This document shows, piece after piece, positions 32,667 through 42,914 of a DNA stretch of 64,000 bases. The translations under genes and the position numbers were made by a program. The notes beneath the pieces are model-generated. The model had not been told where the DNA came from and ran no database searches. It was given only the letters and a program-made list of their open reading frames with translations. The stretch lies in contig JAXGYC010000008.1 in assembly GCA_040772485.1 (NCBI GenBank), forward strand, positions 256,001-320,000, written 5' to 3'. How positions within the stretch are numbered: position 1 is the stretch's first letter; each line of letters begins with the position of its first letter. The DNA is from Sedimentisphaerales bacterium (lineage in GTDB: Bacteria; Planctomycetota; Phycisphaerae; Sedimentisphaerales; Anaerobacaceae).

Positions 32667-35021
32667 ATGCCAGAAGACACACCTGTAGTTCTCACACCGG
32701 TAGAGGAGGCCGCCGTCAAGGCCTCCTCCTTCGACGTACTCTATCACCCGACGGAAAAGATCCCGACGATCGTGGTCGACAATTTTCCCGCGCTGGGCAA
32801 GCTGGCCGCGATGCGCTTTGTCGAGTGGGTTCAGAACCACCCCGGCGGCGTCATCAGCCTGCCCACGGGAAAGAGCCCCGAGCACTTCATCCGATGGGTC
32901 CAGCGTCTGTTGGCGAACTGGAACAAACGCGAGACGCACAAGATTCTCGAAGAGGCCGGCGTCGATCCGGCCAGGAAACCCGACATGGCAAGTCTGCACT
33001 TCGTGCAGATCGACGACTTCTACCCGCTGGATTCGGCCCAGCACAACAGCTTCTATCACTATGTGAAGCATTTCTACATTGAGGGTTTCGGCCTCGATCC
33101 GGCCAAGGCCCTGCTGATCGATTCGACCGCGATCGGCCTGCGACCGGGTGAAACGCTGGCGAGCGTGTGGCCCGACAAGCACGTGGACCTCACGCTGCGG
33201 TATCGCCTCGCGCGGACCAATCTCGAACACCGGCAGAAGACGCTGCTCGAGGACATCGACCAGTGGTGCATGGAGTACGAGCGTCGCATTCGCCAGCTCG
33301 GCGGGATCGGCTTCTTCCTCGGCGGGATCGGCCCGGACGGCCACATCGGCTTCAATATCAAGGGCTCCGACCACAATTCGACGACGCGCCTGTGCTCGAC
33401 CAACTACGAGACGCAGGCGGCGGCCGCCACCGACCTGGGCGGCATCGAGATCGCCCGCCAGTGCCTGGTCATCACCATCGGCCTGCGCACCATCACACGC
33501 AATCCCGACTGCACAGCGATCGTCATTGCGGCCGGTCAGGCGAAGGCGGCCCTGGCGGCCGAGGCGATTCAGGCGCAGACGCACATCAACATTCCCGCGA
33601 GCTGCCTCCAGTTGTTGCCCAACGCGCGATTCTACGTCACGCGGGGCGCCGCCGCCAATCTGACCGAACGGCGAGTCGTCACCCTTCAGAAGACGGAAAC
33701 CGTCAGCGACGACGAGGTCGAGAAGATCCTTGTGGAACTGGCGGTGCAGCGCAACAAGCGCCTGCTCGATCTGACCGACGAGGATGGTCACGCCCACCCG
33801 CTGGCGGCGCTCGTTCTGCAACGTCGCGGACAGAAGATCAAGGACCTGGCGCAGACGGTCCACGACCGCCTGATCGCCAAGATCGAGGCGGGCGGCAACA
33901 TCCAGAAGGACCGGTGTTTCCTGCATACCGAGCCGCACCATGACGACGTCATGCTCGGCTACTTCGCGCAGGTCGTTCGCCATTTCCGCCGCCGGACCAA
34001 CCAGCATCATTTCATGACGCTGACCAGCGGCTTCACTGCGGTGACCAACGAATTCATGCGGGCCCAGATGGCCAACCTTCGCCGCTTCCTCGAAGCCGGC
34101 ACGTTCGCCGAGCTGATCGCCCAGGGCTACTTCGAACAGAACAACATGATCGACCGCAATCGCGACGTCTGGCAGTACCTCGACGGGGTCGCCGGCCGCG
34201 ACGAGCATGAGAAAGCGGAAGGCAACGCCCGCCGCATGTTGCGTAACCTGATCGAACTGTTCGACGGAGACTTCCTGAACCACATCGATCGGTACACCAG
34301 TGAAATCGAGGAGTACTTCGCCACGACCTACCCGGGCAAGAAGGACCCGGAGCCCATCCAGAAACTCAAGGGCATGTGCCGCGAGTGGGAAGCGGAGTGT
34401 CTCTGGGGCTATTATGGCTGGCAGTGCGAGAACGTCCGCCACCTCCGCCTGAGCTTCTACACCGGGGACATCTTCACCAAAGAGCCGACGATGGACCGCG
34501 ACGTCCCGCCCATCGTCGCCGAATTGGAACGCATCAACCCCGATGTCATCACCGTCGCCTTCGACCCGGAGGCCAGCGGGCCGGACACGCACTACAAGGT
34601 CATGCAGGCCCTGGCCGAGGCGATCCGCATCTACCTGAAGAAGAGCCAGAAACCCGACCTGAAGATCTGGGGCTATCGCAACGTCTGGTTCCGCTTCGAC
34701 CCGTCGGAGGCCAACGTCTTAGTGCCCATCTCGCTGGCCATGTTCGCCATCCTGGACGACGCCTTCATGAACGCCTTCATCACGCAGAAGGACGCATCGT
34801 TCCCGAGCTATGAATACGATGGACCCTTCTCGCTGCTGGCTCAGCGCGTCCAGGTCGAGCAATACCGCAAGATCAAGACCTGCCTGGGTCGCGAGTGGTT
34901 CCACAACCACACCAGCGCGATGATCCGCGCGGCGCGCGGCCTGGTCTTTCTGCGGGAGATGTCACCCGACGAGTTCTTCCAGTCCTGTCGCGAGCTGCGC
35001 CAGTCCGTCGAGGCCCGCTGA
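32667..35021 (+). CDS. Glucosamine-6-phosphate deaminase (NagB-like) fused to a PIG-L/LmbE deacetylase domain
   Basis: LPTGKSP and GGIGPDGHIGFN (NagB); EPHHDD and GPDTH (PIG-L metal ligands). Confidence 0.8.
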   Translation: MPEDTPVVLTPVEEAAVKASSFDVLYHPTEKIPTIVVDNFPALGKLAAMRFVEWVQNHPGGVISLPTGKSPEHFIRWVQRLLANWNKRETHKILEEAGVDPARKPDMASLHFVQIDDFYPLDSAQHNSFYHYVKHFYIEGFGLDPAKALLIDSTAIGLRPGETLASVWPDKHVDLTLRYRLARTNLEHRQKTLLEDIDQWCMEYERRIRQLGGIGFFLGGIGPDGHIGFNIKGSDHNSTTRLCSTNYETQAAAATDLGGIEIARQCLVITIGLRTITRNPDCTAIVIAAGQAKAALAAEAIQAQTHINIPASCLQLLPNARFYVTRGAAANLTERRVVTLQKTETVSDDEVEKILVELAVQRNKRLLDLTDEDGHAHPLAALVLQRRGQKIKDLAQTVHDRLIAKIEAGGNIQKDRCFLHTEPHHDDVMLGYFAQVVRHFRRRTNQHHFMTLTSGFTAVTNEFMRAQMANLRRFLEAGTFAELIAQGYFEQNNMIDRNRDVWQYLDGVAGRDEHEKAEGNARRMLRNLIELFDGDFLNHIDRYTSEIEEYFATTYPGKKDPEPIQKLKGMCREWEAECLWGYYGWQCENVRHLRLSFYTGDIFTKEPTMDRDVPPIVAELERINPDVITVAFDPEASGPDTHYKVMQALAEAIRIYLKKSQKPDLKIWGYRNVWFRFDPSEANVLVPISLAMFAILDDAFMNAFITQKDASFPSYEYDGPFSLLAQRVQVEQYRKIKTCLGREWFHNHTSAMIRAARGLVFLREMSPDEFFQSCRELRQSVEAR

Positions 35022-35094
35022 GGCGGGTGCGACGTGCTCTCGGGATCGTCGGCAGGGTCGAACGATTCGAGAAAAACAACGCGAGGGCAAGGCC

Positions 35095-37197
35095 ATGTCG
35101 AGATCGACGTTGCGGTGGAGCCATCTATTCGTACTGCTGTTCGTTCCTGTCGCCTGGACGGAGCCTTTCGATCCCGGCGCTTCAGACTACGCCGGTCACC
35201 AAGGCGCAACGATCTACGTCTCCTTGCGTGGTGACAACTCGGACGGGCGCAGTTGGGCCACGGCGTTCCACACGATTCAGGCGGCTCTTCTGGCGGTCCC
35301 CGACGACCAGGGCGGCCATCGCGTCCTGGTCGCGCCCGGCAAGTACGCGGAGGCCAACCTCTATCCATCCTTCAAAGGGGCCCAAGGCTCCTACAACCTG
35401 CTGATCGGTGACACGGACGGTACGTACGGCTCCGGGCAGACCGGCCGCGTCGTGATCGATTCGGGCGCTCCGGCCGTCGTGGTCCGCACCAATCCGAACG
35501 CCCCAACCGGCAATCCCACCTGGATGATCCTGGACCAGGGCGATCCGGCGGCGGAGTGGGGCCTCAAGAGCGTGGACTGGTGGGGACCGTGGAAGTGCGC
35601 GCCGGAGTTCTCCGGCATCATCTGGGACCGCTGGATCTTTCGCAATCTCTATGTCACCGGCTCGGAAGGCGGCATGGGAGTAGATATCACCAACACGAAG
35701 GGATCGGAGTTCTCCTTCGTCGTGGACCGCTGCATCGGGATTGGCCGCTTTGCTGGAGCCGCCGTCATGGCGCACAAGCCTCGCCCGGGCGAACCGGTCG
35801 TGTTCCGCAACAGCTACTTCGCCAATCTCGACTGGTGGGGCGACGCAGGCGCTGTCTACGTGCGCGGTGAAGACGGCTCGATGCCTGACGTACCTCATGC
35901 GACGTTCGAGAACTGTACGCTCGTCGGTCCCGACAACGCCTTGCAGGCGGGCTATCCGGGCGTCGATGAACTCTACACGCGGGTTCGATTCAAGGACTGC
36001 AAACTGATCGTGCTGAACTTCTCGCAGCCGCACGGCACCCCTTCGACCGGCGTGATCTGCTGCGGCTGCAAGAAGGCCGAGCAACTGCACGTTGACTTCG
36101 AAGACTGCACGCTCATGGGATACCAGATCTTTGGCGCCACCGAAGCCCAGGGGCGCAAGCTCAACGGCAACGTCTCCTACACCGTCAAGGGCCGAGTCCG
36201 GGCCTACGTGCAATACCGCCAGCCGGTCCCGCAGGGCATGGAGAGACTGCGCTACTGGCCCGTGGAGACGTTCGACGATCTGATCCCGGACCGATGGGTT
36301 CCGGCCGGTGACAAACCCCGGCGCCCCGTGCTCGTGAAGATTCCCACGAACTTCGGCGCCGCGATGGAGAACACGCCCTTCGTCTACAAAGGCACACCGT
36401 ACCTGGCCCTGAACCATCGCAACGACGCCAAGGACCGGGTTGGCGACTACGCCAGCGAACAGAACATGCACCTCTATATCCAGAACCTCAACACCGGCGC
36501 ACGGGTGGCCCGTTTCGGCGCAGGACACTCCTTCGTCTCGGCCTTCGTCGACGGCGATATGCTGCGCATCTTCGCCAGCCAGGGGACCAACGACGACTGG
36601 TTCCAGAGCATCTACCAGTTCACCACCACCGACATGCAGCACTGGGACCGCAAGCTGGCGATCCCGCTCGAAGGCGATGAGCATCTGTTCAACTGTTCCG
36701 TAACGTGCGGCGAGAAGGACTACGTGATGGCCTACGAGTCCAACCAGCCGGTGGCGTTCTGCTTCAAGTTCGCCCGCTCGAAGGACCTGGATTCGTGGGA
36801 GAAGGTCCCAGGTCTGATCTTCACGGGAGTGAACAACGAGTATTCCGCCTGTCCCGTGCTGCGATATTTCGCGCCTTACTATTACGTGATCTACCTCCAC
36901 GCAGCCATCCCGGGTCATAACGGGTGGGTCCCCTTCCTGGCGCGATCGAGGGATCTGATCGCGTGGGACCTTTCGCCGTTCAATCCGATCATGGAGGCCG
37001 CAGCCGGAGAGGGAATCAACAACTCCGACATCGACCTGTTCGAGTACGAGAGACGCACCTACGTCTACTACGCCACCGGCGACCAGGCCACCTGGGGAAC
37101 GGTCCGCATCGCGATGTTCGATGGGCCCATGCAGCAGTTCTACGAGAGCCACTTCCCCGAGGACGCCGCGATGGTCAGAGTTTCGACGCAGCGTTAG
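35095..37197 (+). CDS. Secreted two-domain putative carbohydrate-active protein (beta-helix-like + beta-propeller-like)
   Basis: Signal peptide; IYVS..GDNSDGRSWATAFHTIQAAL (pectin-lyase-fold N-cap); C-terminal ARSKDLDSWE / ARSRDLIAWD propeller-type repeats. Confidence 0.6.
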   Translation: MSRSTLRWSHLFVLLFVPVAWTEPFDPGASDYAGHQGATIYVSLRGDNSDGRSWATAFHTIQAALLAVPDDQGGHRVLVAPGKYAEANLYPSFKGAQGSYNLLIGDTDGTYGSGQTGRVVIDSGAPAVVVRTNPNAPTGNPTWMILDQGDPAAEWGLKSVDWWGPWKCAPEFSGIIWDRWIFRNLYVTGSEGGMGVDITNTKGSEFSFVVDRCIGIGRFAGAAVMAHKPRPGEPVVFRNSYFANLDWWGDAGAVYVRGEDGSMPDVPHATFENCTLVGPDNALQAGYPGVDELYTRVRFKDCKLIVLNFSQPHGTPSTGVICCGCKKAEQLHVDFEDCTLMGYQIFGATEAQGRKLNGNVSYTVKGRVRAYVQYRQPVPQGMERLRYWPVETFDDLIPDRWVPAGDKPRRPVLVKIPTNFGAAMENTPFVYKGTPYLALNHRNDAKDRVGDYASEQNMHLYIQNLNTGARVARFGAGHSFVSAFVDGDMLRIFASQGTNDDWFQSIYQFTTTDMQHWDRKLAIPLEGDEHLFNCSVTCGEKDYVMAYESNQPVAFCFKFARSKDLDSWEKVPGLIFTGVNNEYSACPVLRYFAPYYYVIYLHAAIPGHNGWVPFLARSRDLIAWDLSPFNPIMEAAAGEGINNSDIDLFEYERRTYVYYATGDQATWGTVRIAMFDGPMQQFYESHFPEDAAMVRVSTQR

Positions 37198-37391
37198 ACC
37201 GTCGGCGCCATCCAATCGTCAGAGAAGGGAAAAGGCTTACCGGCGCTGACGCGGCGTTTGCATCCGCCCGATCCGACCGGCGGACCGCCACGCATTCATA
37301 CGGGTACTGAACTCGGCGCGGTCACTTTGCGCCTGTCCTGCTCACGATGTCACCTGACACCGCGTCCGGCGAATCCTCCGTGACCGAAGAA

Positions 37392-37424
37392 GAAAAAAGG
37401 CCCCGGCGATGTGAACGGGGCCTT
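37392..37424 (-). terminator. Intrinsic terminator downstream of the cold-shock gene
   Basis: AAGGCCCCG-loop-CGGGGCCTTTTTTCT on the minus strand. Confidence 0.8.
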
Positions 37425-37454
37425 GCGTTTGGCTGCTTATCTGCCGCTGGGTAC

Positions 37455-37658
37455 TCAGCAGGGTGTGACGCTCTGCGCCTCGGGGCCTTTCCTGCCCTGG
37501 GCGGCGACATACTCTACCGTCTGACCCTCGGCCAGCGTCTTGAACCCACTGCCGTTGATGTTGGAGTGGTGGACAAACAGATCCTCGCTGCCGTCGTCAG
37601 GAACGATGAATCCGAAGCCCTTCTGATCGTTGAACCATTTTACTGTACCTTTTGCCAC
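37455..37658 (-). CDS. cspA: Cold-shock protein (CspA family)
   Basis: GTG start after [34 protein letters not shown]. Confidence 0.93.
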   Translation of the reverse strand: MAKGTVKWFNDQKGFGFIVPDDGSEDLFVHHSNINGSGFKTLAEGQTVEYVAAQGRKGPEAQSVTPC

Positions 37659-37761
37659 AATGTTCTCCTTGGGTCCACAGGGACCCACAACGCACGTTCC
37701 CTCTGTTTTTTTCGTAAGGGGCAGACTTCGAGGGGAAAGCATACACCTTGACTTGACGTGC

Positions 37762-37791
37762 ACTCTACACAACAAACGATCCGACTGTCAA
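37762..37791 (-). promoter_or_regulatory. Probable csp promoter giving a ~95-nt 5' UTR
   Basis: TTGACA-N18-TAGAGT. Confidence 0.5.
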
Positions 37792-37884
37792 CAAAATAAA
37801 CTCCAAAATGGAGAAAAAGGCTCAAGTTGGCGAGCCTTTGGCACGCCATCGGGGCGATCGCATTTCATGAATCCCCGTCGGTCC

Positions 37885-39345
37885 TCACGTCGGCGTGTGG
37901 GCGGCGGGCGGATCATGGCGACGATTGACATATTGCTCGATCAGTCGCCGGACCTCATTGTGCTGGGGCGTTTCCTCTTCGTTCAGCGCCTGCGTGGCCC
38001 GATCGAATCGCTGCGGCTCCGTCTCGTGAACTCGGCGCAGCAACGCCAGGGTTTCGCGCCGCAGTTGTGGGACGTGCAAATCCATCATCAGCCCCGCATC
38101 GGCACCCTGCCCGTAGACCCGTTCGAGAGACGATCGCTTGGCGAAGGTCTGGAGGAACGTCTTCTCGAGAAGAACGATCTCCTGGATGTTGAGCTGCCGC
38201 GTCTCGATCCGCTTCTTCAGTTCGGCCAGTTCCGCGACTCCCAGCATGTGAAGCACGTGGTCCAGCGTTCGACAGGGCAGCATTCGCGTCCGCGTGATTT
38301 GCGGCAGCATCTTTCTCTGGGCGCTCAGGAAGACGACCAGCATCCGTTGCGCCTCGTCCCTCAGATGCAGTTGTTGCTGCCTTCGAACCAGTTCGAACTG
38401 CCAGCCACAGTTCTCGTCGCGCGGCCTTCCGTCCCGGATCATGGCGACGAGGTTTGCGGCCTCTCGCGCCGCCGCCTGCTGAATGCGCCCCAGCGTCTCC
38501 TCGTTCAAGACGTCCGGGACGTGCGGCCCCGGCCGGTCTTCCACCGCGGTCGAGTCATCCGGGGCAGATGCCGCCGGCGTTGGCGGCGCCAGCGGCCTTC
38601 CTTCCTTGAGATCTCGCATGAACAGCAGAAAGCTGTTGATCGTCTCCTGGTTCTCGCCTCGCTCGTGGAGGCCGCTCAGCAGCTTCTTCCAGGCTTTGTA
38701 GCGCTTCTCGTCCTGGAAGTACTCGCGGGCATCGACCGCCAGACTCGAGGGAACGTCGGCGATGATGCTGTCCTCGGTGAGCGTTTTGATGCCCTTCAAG
38801 ACGGTGAACATGTACTCCTTGTACCGCTGGGCATGTCCCTCTTCGAATCGGCGCAGGCGGCTGAGGGCGACCCGAACGTTGTCGAGCATGAGATCGTTGA
38901 CCGTCAGCACGTAGGCGGGCACTTGCTCGGCCTGACTGAATTGCGTGACCTCGGCCATGCCCGCCAGCAGACCGCCTTCGGTTGCCTCCTCCTGGGGTTC
39001 CGGCTCGGCGGACGCGGCCTCCTCCTGAATCCTCTTGAGCAGTTCATCCACGCCGCGCACCGCCCGCTTGAGCAGTCGGTCGTGCGAGCCATAGTAGAAC
39101 CGAAGTGGATCGATGATCTTGATCGCGACGATCCCCAACAGTGCCGCCGCCACCCAGACCAGAATCTTGCCCCAGCGATGCAACGTCTCGTGAATACGGT
39201 CGAACTGGTCGAATCCGCGTCGCTCGAGCTCCGTCTGCACCTCGTCCTCGTCGTTGGCCTGGCCCCAGAGCGGGGCGGCCAGCGTCAGTGCAACCAGGCA
39301 GGCCAGAAGCAGGACCCACAGCTTGCCGCCTTGAGCAAAGCGCAT
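37885..39345 (-). CDS. Hypothetical membrane protein (signal peptide, one TM helix, long helical domain)
   Basis: Long ORF with GC-type codon usage; MRFAQGGKLWVLLLACLVALTLAAPLWG signal-like start; TM ILVWVAAALLGIVAI. Confidence 0.65.
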   Translation of the reverse strand: MRFAQGGKLWVLLLACLVALTLAAPLWGQANDEDEVQTELERRGFDQFDRIHETLHRWGKILVWVAAALLGIVAIKIIDPLRFYYGSHDRLLKRAVRGVDELLKRIQEEAASAEPEPQEEATEGGLLAGMAEVTQFSQAEQVPAYVLTVNDLMLDNVRVALSRLRRFEEGHAQRYKEYMFTVLKGIKTLTEDSIIADVPSSLAVDAREYFQDEKRYKAWKKLLSGLHERGENQETINSFLLFMRDLKEGRPLAPPTPAASAPDDSTAVEDRPGPHVPDVLNEETLGRIQQAAAREAANLVAMIRDGRPRDENCGWQFELVRRQQQLHLRDEAQRMLVVFLSAQRKMLPQITRTRMLPCRTLDHVLHMLGVAELAELKKRIETRQLNIQEIVLLEKTFLQTFAKRSSLERVYGQGADAGLMMDLHVPQLRRETLALLRRVHETEPQRFDRATQALNEEETPQHNEVRRLIEQYVNRRHDPPAAHTPT

Positions 39346-39535
39346 TCGACGACCTTTCCAAACGAGGGCAGGGCGGGCCGGCGTCCTCGAATCCCAATCC
39401 GATCCCAGCCGGGCAGGCGGGGGCAGCGTGCAACGGCGCGTCCCACGCCTGGTGCCATTCGTCGGCCGCACGTCTACCGGTTCATTCTACCAGTTTCGTC
39501 GGGTCCGAGGCCAGCCCATATCCAGGGAAACCCAG

Positions 39536-39560
39536 GTAGGGGCGAGGCATGCCTCGCCCT
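39536..39560 (+). repeat. GTAG-type REP palindrome (family A)
   Basis: GTAGGGGCGAGGCATGCCTCGCCCT; near-identical copies at 52136, 52239, 61223, 61294. Confidence 0.85.
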
Positions 39561-39608
39561 GCGGATCGGACGGCAACGGTGTTCGTGACCCGGGACGGTC
39601 GCGGCGGG

Positions 39609-41123
39609 TCACTCGTGGAACCTGTATTCCTTGACCTTCCTGGGCCCGCGCAGGTTGCCTTTGAAATCTCCCTCCCGCCGCAACGGGATTTGCATGCCGC
39701 CGGTCTCTTCGAGCCATGAATACAGCCGCTCGCGCAGTTCCTCGATCCGCTCCTGCTGCCCGGGCTCGTCGATGAGGTTGTGCATCTCATCCGGGTCATC
39801 TTTCAGGTCGTACAGCTCGTCGGTGTCCCAGATGCCGTGGTAGTGGATGAACTTGTAGCGGTCGGTGCGCACGCCGAAGGTGGTCGGCGTCTGGGGGAAC
39901 GCCGCCTCCCAGTAGTACTCATAAAACACCGCGTCCCGCCACGGCGTGTCTTTGCCCTCCAGCAGCGGAAGGAACGACCGCCCGTCCATATGTTCCGGCG
40001 CGCGAACGCCCGCCGCTTCCAGCACCGTCGGCGCCACGTCGATGTTCTGCACGAGCGGCGTGACCTTCGTGCCGGGCTTGATCAGCTCGGGGCAGTGCGC
40101 CAGGAAGGGCACGCGCATCGACGGCTCGTACATGTGCCGCTTGTCGATCAGGCCGTGCTCGCCGAAGCAGAAGCCGTTGTCGCCCATGTAAAACACCAGA
40201 GTCGAATCGAGCTCGCCCCTCTCCTTGAGGCAGTCCAGCACGCGTCCGATGCTGTCGTCGACGCTCAGCAGCGTCTCGCAGTACCGCTTGAAGAACGTGT
40301 CGAAGTCCATCTGCCCGTGGTACATGTAGTCCACGCCGTGCCAACTGTTCCGCTGCTCCTTGACCCAGGCGGGCTTGCCCTTGTAGTTCTCCTCCGTGTC
40401 CGCCATGCTCCTGGGGTACTCCACCGTGGCATTCTCGTACCTGCCCAGGTGTCTCTTGGCCGGCTCGAACATCGCGTGGACCGCCTTGTGCGACAGGTAG
40501 AGGAAGAACGGCTTGTCGCGTTTCTGTTTGATCCAGTCGATCACGTAGTCGGTCAGCTCGTCGCAGATATGCTTGGTGGCCCGCGTCTGCCTGCCGTCGA
40601 CGTTCAACTGGCAGTTGTAGTATTCCCCCTGCCCGCGGAAGCTGATCCAGCGATCGAACCCCGGCCGCGGCGCATCGTCGTCGTGGCCCATGTGCCATTT
40701 GCCCATGAAGGCGGTCTCGTAGCCAAGCTGCTGGAGGTACTGCGGGAAGAAGACGAGGTCCTTGCGCACGTCCGTCTGGTTGTCGACGACGCCGTGCTTG
40801 TGCGAGAACAAGCCGGTGAGGATCGACGCCCGGCTGGGTGAGCACAGCGAGGTAGTGACGAACGCGTTCTCGATGTACGCGCCGTCGCGGGCCATGCGAT
40901 CCATATTGGGCGTTTCGAGGAACCTTGGCTTGCCCAGGAACCCCATGAAGTCGTAGCGATGGTCGTCGCACAGAATGAAGACGACGTTTCGCGGCTTGCG
41001 TCCGGCGATCTTCTGGAGCTTCACATCCTGTCCGGCAGCGACCGTCGCCGGCAGGCTCATGGCCAGCGACGCGGCCCCGGCCGTCCGCAGAAAGCTCCTT
41101 CGCGAAATGTCACCCTGTCTCAT
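39609..41123 (-). CDS. Tat-exported formylglycine-dependent sulfatase (N-acetylglucosamine-6-sulfatase-like)
   Basis: SRRSFL Tat motif; NVVFILCDD, CSPSRASILTG, GKWH, GDNG..GEHG, DELYDLKDDPDE. Confidence 0.92.
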   Translation of the reverse strand: MRQGDISRRSFLRTAGAASLAMSLPATVAAGQDVKLQKIAGRKPRNVVFILCDDHRYDFMGFLGKPRFLETPNMDRMARDGAYIENAFVTTSLCSPSRASILTGLFSHKHGVVDNQTDVRKDLVFFPQYLQQLGYETAFMGKWHMGHDDDAPRPGFDRWISFRGQGEYYNCQLNVDGRQTRATKHICDELTDYVIDWIKQKRDKPFFLYLSHKAVHAMFEPAKRHLGRYENATVEYPRSMADTEENYKGKPAWVKEQRNSWHGVDYMYHGQMDFDTFFKRYCETLLSVDDSIGRVLDCLKERGELDSTLVFYMGDNGFCFGEHGLIDKRHMYEPSMRVPFLAHCPELIKPGTKVTPLVQNIDVAPTVLEAAGVRAPEHMDGRSFLPLLEGKDTPWRDAVFYEYYWEAAFPQTPTTFGVRTDRYKFIHYHGIWDTDELYDLKDDPDEMHNLIDEPGQQERIEELRERLYSWLEETGGMQIPLRREGDFKGNLRGPRKVKEYRFHE

Positions 41124-41141
41124 GGCAGCCCCTTTCTGATG

Positions 41142-41296
41142 TTGTCATTCCGACCAAGAGCTTGCCCCTTCAACTGCATTCAGGGCAGGCTCTGAGCGAA
41201 GTCGAATGGGGCGAAGCCCGCGCGGAGGAATCTGGCTGAGAGGCAGATGTGCGTCACACGCGAAGCCAGATGTCTCGACTACGCTCGACATGACAA
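41142..41296. repeat. MITE-like palindromic element (TTGTCAT...ATGACAA ends)
   Basis: Terminal inverted repeats; core TCAGGGCAGGCTCTGAGC identical to the copy at 63567-63584. Confidence 0.7.
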
Positions 41297-41320
41297 AAAG
41301 CGAAACATGCAGTCCCCTTC

Positions 41321-42139
41321 CTATACGCCGCTGAAGGCGGAGAAGCCGCCGTCGACGGGCACGACCACGCCCGTGACGAACTTCGCGGCGTCGCTGAGCA
41401 GCCAGATGACCGTGCCGATCAGTTCTTCCGCCTGGCCGAAGCGGCCCATCGGCGTGTGGTCGAGGATGGTCTTGCCCCGCGCGGTCAGCTCGCCGGTCTT
41501 CTCGTCGGTCAACAGGAATCGGTTCTGCTCCGTCAGGAAGAACCCCGGCGCGATCGCGTTAACCCGGACGTCCTTCGAGTAGTTCTGGCAGACGTGGACC
41601 GCCAGCCATTGGGTGAAGTTGCTCACCGCGGCCTTGGCGGCCGAGTAGGCGGCGATCTTGGTCAGCGGGCGGAACGCGTTCATGCTCGAAACATTCAGGA
41701 TGACCCCGCCGCCGCTATCGACGATGTCCCTGCCGAAGACCTGGGTCGGCAGCAGCGTCCCGATGAAGTTCAGGTCGAACACGAAGCGAATCGCCTCGGC
41801 CGGCAGGTCGAAGAACGACAGATCCGGGGACGTCGTCGCGTCCTTCTTATTGCCGCCGGCGCCGTTGATCAGCACGTCGAGCCGACCGTATGCGGCGAGC
41901 ACCTTGTCCCTGGCCTCGACGATGCTGGCCTTGTCGAGCACGTTGCACTTGACCGCGATGGCGTCGCCGCCGTCGGAGGTGATCTGGCCGACGACCTTGC
42001 CGGCGGCCGCCTCGAACAGGTCGAGCACCGCGACCTTCGCGCCCGCCCGGGCCAGCGCCCGCGCCATCTCCCCGCACAGGATGCCGCCGCCACCGGTGAC
42101 CACGATGACCTTGTCTCGAATATCGAACAGACTCTTCAT
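41321..42139 (-). CDS. SDR oxidoreductase, D-mannonate/fructuronate oxidoreductase-like
   Basis: TGGGGILC, INGAGGN, YSAAK, VNAIAPGFF, VDGGFSA. Confidence 0.85.
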   Translation of the reverse strand: MKSLFDIRDKVIVVTGGGGILCGEMARALARAGAKVAVLDLFEAAAGKVVGQITSDGGDAIAVKCNVLDKASIVEARDKVLAAYGRLDVLINGAGGNKKDATTSPDLSFFDLPAEAIRFVFDLNFIGTLLPTQVFGRDIVDSGGGVILNVSSMNAFRPLTKIAAYSAAKAAVSNFTQWLAVHVCQNYSKDVRVNAIAPGFFLTEQNRFLLTDEKTGELTARGKTILDHTPMGRFGQAEELIGTVIWLLSDAAKFVTGVVVPVDGGFSAFSGV

Positions 42140-42337
42140 CCTTTTCCTTTCGCTCACCTGGCAGATCCGTCGGCGGCGCGACCTTCGCGTCCTTCCGATC
42201 TTGTCCCAAATGACTGTCGAGCCAGACTATACACCCCCGGCCCGCCGGTTTCAACCTCCGCCCGCAGCCGGTGCCCGTTGTCCGGGACCCGTGACCCGTC
42301 AGGCCGGGACCCTCCCCACACCATAAATCACTTCCTC

Positions 42338-42424
42338 TTGTCACCCCGAGCGAAGTCGAGGAGCCTGTCCTGAGCTTGCCGAAGGAGTCTGGCCATAGAC
42401 GACGCGTGCCCCAGATGCTTAGCG
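42338..42424. repeat. Partial copy of the MITE-like element
   Basis: TTGTCACCCCGAGCGAAGTCGAGG then GAGCCTGTCCTGAGCTTGCCGAAGG (reverse of the core at 63555-63579). Confidence 0.6.
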
Positions 42425-42540
42425 TGGCCCTCCAGCCTCCGGCCTACGGTCTCCAGCCTCTTCTTGCGTCTTGCACGAATCCCCATGTCCCGGCACAATG
42501 GACCCGACGAATGCAGTAAGGTCCATCCAAAGGAGCCCAC

Positions 42541-42882
42541 ATGGCCAACTACGAAGTGACGCATTTCGACGACATCGAGGCGGTGAAGTGTCCGTGCGGG
42601 TTTTCGAGACGGGCATTCGCCCACCCCGGTAACGACACCGCGACGATGCACATCGTGGACGTCAAGGCCGACTCAAAGGCCCACTACCACAAGGCCCACA
42701 CCGAGCTGTACCTCGTGCTCGAAGGCACCGGCCACATCGAGCTCGACGGCCAGATGGTCCCGGTCCGCCCCTTCAGCACCATCCTCATCAAGCCCCTCTG
42801 CCGACACCGCGCCGTCGGAGACCTCCGCCTCGTCAACGTCTGCATCCCCCCCTTCGACCCCGCCGACGAACACTTCGATTAG
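42541..42882 (+). CDS. Cupin domain protein
   Basis: HYHKAHTELYLVLEGTG and IKPLCRHRA cupin motifs; AAGGAG RBS. Confidence 0.88.
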   Translation: MANYEVTHFDDIEAVKCPCGFSRRAFAHPGNDTATMHIVDVKADSKAHYHKAHTELYLVLEGTGHIELDGQMVPVRPFSTILIKPLCRHRAVGDLRLVNVCIPPFDPADEHFD

Positions 42883-42914
42883 CCCCGGCGTTACCCGTAT
42901 GGTATAATACTGGC

